The notes under the pieces are model-generated. The model was not told where the DNA came from. It did no database searches and saw only the letters and a list, made by a program, of their open reading frames with translations. Shown here piece by piece: positions 20,560 to 28,837 of a stretch of 64,000 nucleotides of DNA (position 1 is the first letter of the stretch; every line of letters begins with the position of its first letter). The stretch is from contig CAMLWC010000002.1 in assembly GCA_946488855.1 (NCBI GenBank), forward strand, positions 7,292-71,291, written 5' to 3'. The position numbers and the translations under genes are program-made. Source of the DNA: an uncultured Mycoplasmatota bacterium. Lineage in GTDB: Bacteria; Bacillota_I; Bacilli_A; RF39; UBA660.

Positions 20560-21613
20560 AAGAGTTTTCAACAACCTGTAAGAATGTTTGATCTCCATGA
20601 CCGCCATGTTTCTAACAATGAATAGTAGCCCCACCTACTTTAACAGCACCACTATCAAAAAAATGTTCTTCTTCTAAATTGACAATATTTTCTTCTAAAG
20701 CTGTTGCTAGAGTAATTATTTTGAAAGTAGAACCTGGTTCATATGTCATCCATATAGGTAAATTACGATTAATAATTTCAGTTGAATAATTCTCATAGTT
20801 ACTAGGTTCAAATGTAGGACGTGAAGCCATTGCTAATACTTCTCCAGTTTTAGGATTCATAACAATACCTAACGCTTGATCAGGATTATATTTACTAACT
20901 GCATTATCTAGTTCTCTTTCCAAAGCAGATTGAATATTATAATCAACTGTTAAATAAACATCTATACCATCTTGTGGTTGTTCATATATTTCGGACAATT
21001 CTAATTTATTCCCTTTAGCATCACTAAAAAATTTAATAGCTCCATAACTTCCTGTTAAATAATCATCATACATAAGTTCTAAACCAGATAATCCTTGATT
21101 ATCGATACCTACAAAACCTAAAGTATGAGCAAGCATACTACCATATGGATAATATCGTTTACTTTCTTTTAATAAATATACTCCTGGTAAATCAAGATCA
21201 TTTATTTTATCTGCTGTTTCATAATCTAATCTTCTACCTTCAGGATGAACTCTTTCAATAGAAGATTTTACTGAAACATGATCATACATTTCTTCATAAG
21301 TAACACCTAAAATAGGTGCGATTAATTCAGCAGTTTTTTCTTTATCTTCAATTTGATTAGGTATTAAAACTAAAGAAGTTGTTGTTATATTATCAGCTAA
21401 TACAACACCGTTTCGATCGTATATTTTTCCCCTATTAGCTTCAATTGGTAAATTTCTACTCCATAAACTAGTAGCATAATTATTTAATTTTTCATAAGAA
21501 AATACTTGAATATAAAAAACTTTACCAATTATCAAAATAAAAAATAAAAATATAACTAACATAACTATTTTAATTCTTATATGAATATTTTTAAAAAACA
21601 TATACTCACCCAT
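20555..21613 (-). pseudogene. Class B penicillin-binding protein (SpoVD/PBP2B-like), truncated at SxN motif and carrying a nonsense codon
   Basis: N-terminal TM helix, dimerisation domain and SxxK active site (EPGSTFKIITLA). TAG at 20612-20614 sits where homologues have Trp (..IHC*KHGGHGDQTFLQVVENSCN). Homology ends at SCN (the SxN motif) where the att-like core begins. No KTG region is present in the window. Confidence 0.85.
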
Positions 21614-21664
21614 TTAAGTATATGTTTTATTTATAATATTTTTACTTTATGAATATTTACTTAA

Positions 21665-22009
21665 CTACTCATATAATTCATAATTCCAATCTTTTATTTC
21701 GCCAAAAGTATATATATTATCATACCCATTTTCAGCTAAAATTTCTAAAGCAATTTGAGCACGATTACCAGATAAACAATAAACAATTATTTTTTTATTT
21801 TTATCTATTTCATTTAATTTTTCTTCTAAATCTTCTAAAGGAATATTAATTGCATTTTCTAAGTGTCCACTGTTATATTCAAAATATTCTCTAACATCTA
21901 TTATAACAACATCTTCGTTTCCCATCATCTTATAAGCTTGTTCTGGTGAAATATTTTGTTTATCACAGCCAACTAATAATAAAATTAAACAAATAATTAT
22001 ATATTTCAT
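21665..22009 (-). CDS. Rhodanese-domain lipoprotein
   Basis: Lipobox LLVGC. Rhodanese active-site loop CLSGNRA. 114 aa. Confidence 0.75.
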   Translation of the reverse strand: MKYIIICLILLLVGCDKQNISPEQAYKMMGNEDVVIIDVREYFEYNSGHLENAINIPLEDLEEKLNEIDKNKKIIVYCLSGNRAQIALEILAENGYDNIYTFGEIKDWNYELYE

Positions 22010-22230
22010 TATTATTCCTCCTTTTATTATAAACTTTTTTTTATTCCATATAATATTTTACACTTTTTTTGTAATTATTCAATATTATTTTCTTTATATA
22101 ATCAAATAAAATTGTTTTATGCATAATATATTCATAAGTATCAAAAAGAGTAGATTTTCATCCACCCTTCAATTAATCATTTATCATTAATTTTATTTTC
22201 AATAAAAATATTTGATAAAAAATTACATCT

Positions 22231-23442
22231 TTAAACTAATAAATTAGATTTAGATACAATAATAACAGGCACAACTTTACAACTATCAGTTTTTAAACCT
22301 TTATAATATTTTGAAGTATTATCGTCAATTTTTAGATATTGAAATGCACCATCATTATATTCATTATTAATCCAATAACAACTATTAGAAACTAAATAAC
22401 TAAAATTAGAATTATTAAATTTATAATATCCATCATTTGTGATTGCATAATTTAATTCATTATTTAATCTATCTTGATAATTTAAATTTCCAATTATAAC
22501 ATCTGATAAATTATTTCTTACTAAAACAGAATTATTAACATCTTTAGAAATAACAGATAATATATCACTCATTTCTAATGGTTTTGAAGTAACTTTCCAA
22601 TTTTTAGTTATTTGATTCATAGTAGTAGTATAATTTTCATATGTACTTACATCAAAGCCACTATTTAAATCAGGTAATAACTTAACTGTAGTATCACCTA
22701 CTTTATTTCTTGAATCAATTACATAAGTTTTTAAACAAAAAGCACTTACTTGATCACAAACTTTATTATTAATAACATCATACAAAACAACATCACCTAA
22801 ATTATAATTAGTGTCTGATGTTTCATTAGTAATCATCATTTGTTCTGCTTTTATTTCGATAACAACTTCTAAAGAAGATCTTATTTCATAATCAGGATTA
22901 GATTGTTTTTTTTGTTGTTCTTCCATATAAAATTGATATGCTTTATTTCCCCATTCACTATCTAATTCATCATTATTAGAATCAAGTGGCCATGATATAG
23001 AAACATTAAACTTACCACTATCACCATGGGCTAAAGCGTAATCTTTATCCAAACTCATATTAATATGAAATGGATAATCATGAGATAATTTATCTATTAA
23101 TTTCTCATTAGAATTATTATTTAAAACTTCATTTAAAACTCTAACTGATTTAATATTATAACTAATTTGAGCATCAGAATCTCCTAAATTAGATATATCA
23201 ACATCTTTAAATTCATTATCCATACCAGGATGAATATCTGATAATGAGATAACAATTTCATTTGAAACAACTTGTTCACCATTTTTAAATTCAATGTTCC
23301 AAGCTTTGATATCGACATCAACAGTAGCGCTTGATAAACCACTATAAGCAAACCAAGCTAAAGTAATAGAAACAAAAGAAATTGCAACAAAAAATAGCGA
23401 CATCAAATTTAATTTCAAAAATAATTTATGTTTTCTTTCCAC
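22231..23442 (-). CDS. Secreted TasA/camelysin-like protein with SipW-cognate-type signal peptide
   Basis: N-terminus K-rich, then hydrophobic, then ..SITLAWFAYS. The following segment LSDIHPGMDNEFKDVDISNLGDSDAQISYNI parallels TasA LSNLKPGDKLTKDFQFENNGSL. Last gene of the McrB-like unit. Confidence 0.5.
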   Translation of the reverse strand: MERKHKLFLKLNLMSLFFVAISFVSITLAWFAYSGLSSATVDVDIKAWNIEFKNGEQVVSNEIVISLSDIHPGMDNEFKDVDISNLGDSDAQISYNIKSVRVLNEVLNNNSNEKLIDKLSHDYPFHINMSLDKDYALAHGDSGKFNVSISWPLDSNNDELDSEWGNKAYQFYMEEQQKKQSNPDYEIRSSLEVVIEIKAEQMMITNETSDTNYNLGDVVLYDVINNKVCDQVSAFCLKTYVIDSRNKVGDTTVKLLPDLNSGFDVSTYENYTTTMNQITKNWKVTSKPLEMSDILSVISKDVNNSVLVRNNLSDVIIGNLNYQDRLNNELNYAITNDGYYKFNNSNFSYLVSNSCYWINNEYNDGAFQYLKIDDNTSKYYKGLKTDSCKVVPVIIVSKSNLLV

Positions 23443-23461
23443 TGTTACAACTCCTTTTCTT

Positions 23462-24025
23462 TTACGCTTTTTTTCTTCTTTTTTCTTCTTTTTCTAACAT
23501 AGTCATAAGTATTTCAGAACCAATAATATATAAAAGTGGTATAAATATTAGGAAAAACATTCCAAATTTTGTAGCAACTATTTTATATATAAATGATAAT
23601 ATTATGCATTTATATATAATTTTGCCATACACTTGATTTTCATAAACTATTGGATCTGGTGCATCATTGGCGATACCTTGTGTATGAAAAATATATTTTC
23701 CATCCTCATCTTGTTCGATATTAATAACTTCATGAGTTACAACTTTCCCAGCTAAAGTACCTTGCTTACCTAAATAAGAAATAGAATCTCCAATTTCAAT
23801 TTTAGATGGTTCAATCTCTTTAGCAATTAAAACGTCACCTATTTTATATTTTGGATCCATACTTCCAGAAACAACAGTAAACATTCTAAAACTTAAAAAT
23901 GATATTTTATTATTACTAAATCTTTGTAAAGCAACTACTAACAAAAATAAAATAATAAATATTGCAACAAATATATTTAAAATTGTTTTAATTATTTTAA
24001 AAGCTTTATTATTCATACTAACCAC
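23462..24025 (-). CDS. sipW: Signal peptidase I, SipW (ER/archaeal S26B) type
   Basis: TM helix, then VVSGSMDPKYKIGDVL (catalytic Ser box), VVTHEVI (His box), GIANDAPDP and a C-terminal TM. The track start is GTG at 24025; an alternative ATG is at 24016. Confidence 0.75.
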   Translation of the reverse strand: MVSMNNKAFKIIKTILNIFVAIFIILFLLVVALQRFSNNKISFLSFRMFTVVSGSMDPKYKIGDVLIAKEIEPSKIEIGDSISYLGKQGTLAGKVVTHEVINIEQDEDGKYIFHTQGIANDAPDPIVYENQVYGKIIYKCIILSFIYKIVATKFGMFFLIFIPLLYIIGSEILMTMLEKEEKRRKKA

Positions 24026-25149
24026 TACAAGTATTCTTGTGCCCTTTCTAAGTATTCTTCCATTGCATTTTTAAATTTTTTCTTAACATCATCCATACCA
24101 ACCAATCTTTCACTCTTATCTTTTTTTATTTCTTTAGCTATCATATTTAATAATTCTTCATCAGTTATTTCAATACCTGCACTTAATAATAAATCAACTA
24201 TTCTTCTTATTTCTTCCCTTAACAATAAAACTGCATTTTTAGCCATTTTTTTCTTTTGTTCTCTTTTAGAAGGAACTAAAGAATCTAAAACTAAATAATC
24301 TATTAAGAATGAATGATCCAAAAATCCTTTTAATACATCATTACCATTATCAGTATCATTTTCTTTTTTATCTTCATCATCTTCAAATTTTAATAAGTAT
24401 TCCCATAATTTAACAGCAATTCTAAAGTTAGGATTCTTTAAAATGATATTAGTTTTCTTAATTGGTGGCTTTATGAATGACACATGTGCTTTATCTAAAG
24501 CCTTATACATTTCACTTCTTTGCCAACTAGAAATATATTCTTTAATTCTTTTAATTCTAGCTTTGATTTTTTTAATTTCATCTTTAATTTTTTTGTCAAC
24601 TTTTGCAGTTGGTAAAGTTTCTGATGTAACTTTTAATTCAACATCTATTTTTTCAAAATCAGTTACTGTTTTAGCAGAATACTCTAATACTTTATCATCA
24701 CTTAATTCAAAATTATTAAGTAATTCTTCTTTTTCTAAAACAAATTTTAATAAAGAATCTATTAGAGTATAGAGAAACCTATTTTCATATATATTATAGG
24801 TTTCTTCATTTCTAACATCCAATATTTTTTTAGGTTCAACACTTTTAGTTTTCTTATCAACTTTATTAATATATTCAGTATGTTTACTCAAATCCTTGAT
24901 ACTTGCTACAGTAATTTTTTTAGACTTTTCAATTTTAACAGTATTTTCTTCTCTAATAAGAGCGATTTTAGGTTGTCTTACAATAATATCAATATATGGA
25001 CAAGCATCTTCTATTACATCAACCCAATCAAAAGATACTAAATTACCTTCATAATCAGATTTAAAAAACATTTCAGAACCTAATTTTTTTAAAAATATAT
25101 CAGTTCTATCTTTTACATCTTTTTCAACTTCACATTTAAAATTGTCCAT
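24025..25149 (-). CDS. McrC-N-terminal/DUF2357-like protein without recognisable nuclease domain
   Basis: 374-aa soluble ORF immediately downstream of the McrB-like gene. It contains NIYENRFLYTLIDSL, resembling the xENRF/LxK motif I associate with McrC/DUF2357 N-domains. I could not find a PD-(D/E)xK pattern. The C-terminal half is K/E-rich and helical. Confidence 0.4.
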   Translation of the reverse strand: MDNFKCEVEKDVKDRTDIFLKKLGSEMFFKSDYEGNLVSFDWVDVIEDACPYIDIIVRQPKIALIREENTVKIEKSKKITVASIKDLSKHTEYINKVDKKTKSVEPKKILDVRNEETYNIYENRFLYTLIDSLLKFVLEKEELLNNFELSDDKVLEYSAKTVTDFEKIDVELKVTSETLPTAKVDKKIKDEIKKIKARIKRIKEYISSWQRSEMYKALDKAHVSFIKPPIKKTNIILKNPNFRIAVKLWEYLLKFEDDEDKKENDTDNGNDVLKGFLDHSFLIDYLVLDSLVPSKREQKKKMAKNAVLLLREEIRRIVDLLLSAGIEITDEELLNMIAKEIKKDKSERLVGMDDVKKKFKNAMEEYLERAQEYL

Positions 25150-25166
25150 ATAATATCAACCCCTAA

Positions 25167-26696
25167 CTATATGCTTTTCTTAAGATTTTGTAAATATGCA
25201 ATACATTCTTTCATTACATCTTTACCAAATTTTTTATTCAAATAAGAAATAAATGGATCAATTTCATCTCTTAATAATGCAACACTTAATTGATCAAATT
25301 TTCTTAATATTTTTTTAGCAATAAAGTAATCAATTGCTTCTATTTCTTTACCACCACAAGCTACATAAACAGGAGTGAATACCCCTAATTGTTTCATAAT
25401 ACGATTACCAAAAGCAATTCTAAAATGTTCAATAACGTAATCATCTATTTCTCCAACATAATTTAATCCTTTATCAGATAATGGATATTTTTCAACTGCA
25501 TCAGCAAACAAACTGTCTAAATAACTTGAATTAATTTTTACTACATCCTGTTCACGACATTTAAATGGATCTACTTTAGTATTAATATCGATAGGCATAG
25601 CCCTATCATATACTTTATCAGTAACCATAAATGTTGAGTCATCATTATTAATAGTACCAATATACCAAAGATTTCCTGGTAATTTAATTTTTCCTTTAAT
25701 TAATTTTTTAGGATCATCTGGCCAAGCACTAGGAACTAAATCTACTAACCATTCATCACGACTAGGCATTTCAAGAATTGATAATAAATCTGCAAAATAA
25801 TATTCAACACGAGCTAAGTTCATTTCATCTAGAATAATTGTGTGAACATCATCATCAAATGAAGCAGCATATATTTCACCTAAAGCTTTAGTTTCATTGA
25901 ACTTTTTAGTAAATTCATTGAAATATCCTAAGAAATCTGATTTATCTCTCCAAGATGGTTCAACAGATGATACACAAGCATCCATACCCATAAATTTTCC
26001 CCAAGCATATGCTAAGGAAGTTTTACCTGTACCAGAGATACCTTGTAAAATAATTAACTTGCCACAAGCTAACCCACCAAAGAAAGGTCTTAAAATTGAA
26101 AAATCATAATATAAATGTAATTGACTAGCTGCAAAACATCTAAAATCATCAATTAATTGTGCTAAAGTTGTATCGTTTTCATATTTTTTAATTTTATAAC
26201 CTTCAAATTGTTCATCGATAGCCACCAATTTAGGAAATCTAATTCCTTTAATAGCAGCATCTTCTTCTTCAGGTTTTTCTTCTTCTTTATTTTCTTCAGT
26301 TTCTTCCTCAGGATTAATTCCTAATTGAGAAACTTTCATAGCCATTAATTCTTCTCTTTCTTTCATTAACTTTCTAACTTGATCATTTAAATTACCAATT
26401 TCAGTTAATAATTCATCTTTGCTTAAATTATTATTTAATTTTCTTATAATTTTTTTAACTAATAAGAAGATTAATAATGCTATTAATAAAACAATTATTA
26501 TTAAACAAACAACACACATAACAACAAATATTTTTTCATTACCATTAAAATTATCTTTATAACTTTCGATTATTTTAGCGTAATCACCAAAACTAAACAT
26601 CTGTTTAATACCATTAATAAATCCTTTAAAAGCATTAAACAATCCATCAAAAAAGATAGATATAAATTCGTAAAAAAATCTTAAAAATGTATTCAT
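25167..26696 (-). CDS. Membrane-anchored McrB-family AAA+ GTPase-like protein
   Basis: One TM helix (VVMCVVCLIIIVLLIALLIFLLV), a coiled coil and an acidic linker precede the AAA+ core. The core has Walker A GISGTGKTS, EPSWRDKSDFLGYFNEF, Walker B IILDEMNLARVEYYFADLLSILE and NLWYIGTINNDDSTF..YDRAMPIDI, paralleling the McrB GTMNxxDRS and RRF blocks. No DNA-binding N-domain. Confidence 0.7.
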   Translation of the reverse strand: MNTFLRFFYEFISIFFDGLFNAFKGFINGIKQMFSFGDYAKIIESYKDNFNGNEKIFVVMCVVCLIIIVLLIALLIFLLVKKIIRKLNNNLSKDELLTEIGNLNDQVRKLMKEREELMAMKVSQLGINPEEETEENKEEEKPEEEDAAIKGIRFPKLVAIDEQFEGYKIKKYENDTTLAQLIDDFRCFAASQLHLYYDFSILRPFFGGLACGKLIILQGISGTGKTSLAYAWGKFMGMDACVSSVEPSWRDKSDFLGYFNEFTKKFNETKALGEIYAASFDDDVHTIILDEMNLARVEYYFADLLSILEMPSRDEWLVDLVPSAWPDDPKKLIKGKIKLPGNLWYIGTINNDDSTFMVTDKVYDRAMPIDINTKVDPFKCREQDVVKINSSYLDSLFADAVEKYPLSDKGLNYVGEIDDYVIEHFRIAFGNRIMKQLGVFTPVYVACGGKEIEAIDYFIAKKILRKFDQLSVALLRDEIDPFISYLNKKFGKDVMKECIAYLQNLKKSI

Positions 26697-26699
26697 AAA

Positions 26700-28742
26700 C
26701 TACTCTCCCCAATAACTTCCTATTTTACTTGCTATATCATCATAAGCAATTTTATTGTGTAATTCTTCTTTAATTGATGATAAAACATCAATTGATTCAA
26801 ACATTTTCCCTTTTACTCTTTTATCGACAAATATGTATTCCATTGCTTCAACAATACCTTGATCTTTTGCTTTAACTGCTGAAGTTTTTAAATCAACGGC
26901 AAATCTATATCCATCTTTAATTAATGATTTAATAACCTTTTTATTCTTTGATAATTCTTCATATTGCGCTAAAACAATAATATTATTTTTAGCATATTCA
27001 TCACCAAATAAATTAAATATTTTATCTAATTTATTAGATTTAGTATATAAACTTTCTGGTATATAGAATATATATTTTTTATTAAAATCAGCATTCAACA
27101 TATCTTTAACAACTTGTACCAATAATAATGTTAATAAAACTTCTATTTTATCTTCAGCAACAATGCCATCATAATATGTTTTATCTACAATATAATCACT
27201 ATATACTTTACTAAAATTGATATTATGATTTAGTTCAACAGCATAAGTATTTTTTATTGATAAACTATTATAATTTAATTCAAATAAACTTGTTTCTAAT
27301 TTTTCAATTGTTTCCTTAACAATAGATTTATAAGTTTTTTGAATTTTTAATATACTACTAATCATAGTATTCATTGTTTTTGGATCAACTTCAGTTCCAA
27401 TTAATTTAACCATCTTATTTTTATAAGTTTGTTTTTTTATTTTAGTATCATCAATAACTAGATAAGTGTGTTCTAAATGCATAATTAAAGTAAATATATT
27501 AGTGTATTTTTTAACCTTTTCACTATATTTATTATCAGTACCTTTATATACTTTAATCATTTTTTCTGCTGCTTCTTTTAATGCATTTTCAATTCTAGTA
27601 TTCATATTACGGCCATTATATTCAACATTGACATCTCCGCAATAATTATAATATTTACCATCAATATAAACACTCATAAAGTTTTCTCTAATCGTTGCTT
27701 CATTAGTTTTTAAAGTTTCATCATTATTTAAAACTTCAATAATTTCCTTTAATTCTTCTTCTTTCATAAACATAATTTTTTCGATTATATTTTTGAATTT
27801 TTTCTTTTTATTTTGTAACATTTCTAATTTTAATTCAACTTCAGCAACTTTAGGTTCTTCTTCTTTTTCTACAACGACTGGTTGTTCTTCTTCAATTTCA
27901 ATTTTTTTAGCATAAGCATTTTCGATTTCATCTTTATCAACTTGAATCATTCTAAAATACATAGTTTTATCTAAATCTTCTGCTTCTAAAGGTTTTAAAT
28001 CAGTAATTGTTTCATCAATTTTTTCATCTTTTACTTCTTCAACCTTAGTAACTTTTACTTCTTCATCTTCTTCTTTTATATTATTTTGAATTTTTTCTGG
28101 TTCTGATTTTTCTTTAATATATTCATCATTAACTATTTTTTTCTTATCCTTTTTAATTAATTTAATAATATTTTTTATAAATATTTTTATTTTTTTAACT
28201 ACATTTGCCATAAATACATCAAATTTCTTCATATCTTTTTCCTTCTTATTCTTCTTAATTGTTAATGTTACTAAATAAACAGTAATAATAATTGCAACTA
28301 AAACATAAGGATTAAATATTGTTTTTTTAAATATACCAAAAGCAGGTAATACTTTAACAACTTTTCCAACTATTTGTTCTTGTGTAATTGGATCATCCTT
28401 AGCATCATTAGCATCACCTTTAGTTACATAAGTACCTTGGTATGCCTCAATAACTCTATGAGTTATAAATTCACCATCTTGCTTAAATGTAATAATATCA
28501 TCTAATTTTATATTTTTAGAATACTTAACAACTATCCAATCACCAGGTTCAACTGCTTCACCCATACTTCCTGTTTGCACTTCAAATACAGAGTAACCAA
28601 AAAAACTAGAGTAATCATTACCTAATAATTTAACTTGGATATTGTTATATATAGAAATTAATAATACTATTCCAAAAATAAAAATCAAAATATTTAAAAT
28701 AATATTAGTAATTTTTTCTAATATTTTACCTTTATTTACCAT
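26700..28742 (-). CDS. SipW-type signal peptidase fused to a large cytoplasmic domain of unknown function
   Basis: The first roughly 160 residues are TM, then QTGSMGEAVEPGDWIVV, ITHRVIEA, TKGDANDAKDDP and a second TM, a complete S26B peptidase. About 520 further residues follow: a K/E-rich low-complexity stretch and then a roughly 330-aa globular part. Confidence 0.7.
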   Translation of the reverse strand: MVNKGKILEKITNIILNILIFIFGIVLLISIYNNIQVKLLGNDYSSFFGYSVFEVQTGSMGEAVEPGDWIVVKYSKNIKLDDIITFKQDGEFITHRVIEAYQGTYVTKGDANDAKDDPITQEQIVGKVVKVLPAFGIFKKTIFNPYVLVAIIITVYLVTLTIKKNKKEKDMKKFDVFMANVVKKIKIFIKNIIKLIKKDKKKIVNDEYIKEKSEPEKIQNNIKEEDEEVKVTKVEEVKDEKIDETITDLKPLEAEDLDKTMYFRMIQVDKDEIENAYAKKIEIEEEQPVVVEKEEEPKVAEVELKLEMLQNKKKKFKNIIEKIMFMKEEELKEIIEVLNNDETLKTNEATIRENFMSVYIDGKYYNYCGDVNVEYNGRNMNTRIENALKEAAEKMIKVYKGTDNKYSEKVKKYTNIFTLIMHLEHTYLVIDDTKIKKQTYKNKMVKLIGTEVDPKTMNTMISSILKIQKTYKSIVKETIEKLETSLFELNYNSLSIKNTYAVELNHNINFSKVYSDYIVDKTYYDGIVAEDKIEVLLTLLLVQVVKDMLNADFNKKYIFYIPESLYTKSNKLDKIFNLFGDEYAKNNIIVLAQYEELSKNKKVIKSLIKDGYRFAVDLKTSAVKAKDQGIVEAMEYIFVDKRVKGKMFESIDVLSSIKEELHNKIAYDDIASKIGSYWGE

Positions 28743-28782
28743 ACTATATCAACCCTATCTTTGACTCTTTTCTTACTATATA

Positions 28783-28800
28783 TAATTTTACCATATTCGA
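28783..28800 (-). promoter_or_regulatory. Putative extended -10 promoter with abutting Spo0A-box heptamer (McrB-like unit)
   Basis: The minus strand reads TGTCGAA-TA-TGG-TAAAAT, about 40 nt upstream of the 680-aa ORF start: a perfect 0A-box heptamer (28794-28800), then a TGn extended -10. Confidence 0.45.
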
Positions 28801-28837
28801 CATTTTTTTACAATACTAAAAATTAAAAAAAGAATGT

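Noticed and set aside
3263-20614. Possibility that the in-frame TAA/TAG codons reflect stop-codon reassignment or programmed read-through.
   Set aside because: The stops stand for different residues (Tyr in tnpB by comparison with the intact copy, Trp in the PBP by family conservation) and use two different codons. Well-supported genes in the window terminate normally at TAA, TAG and TGA, and all affected genes are on a decaying mobile block. Pseudogenisation, or sequencing error, is the simpler explanation.
24025-26696. Annotating the McrB-like and downstream ORF as a conventional McrBC type IV restriction system.
   Set aside because: The McrB-like protein has a TM helix and coiled coil instead of a DNA-binding N-domain. 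I cannot find a PD-(D/E)xK nuclease motif in the partner. The pair is also co-operonic with signal peptidases and a secreted protein. A conventional restriction role is not supported by what is visible.
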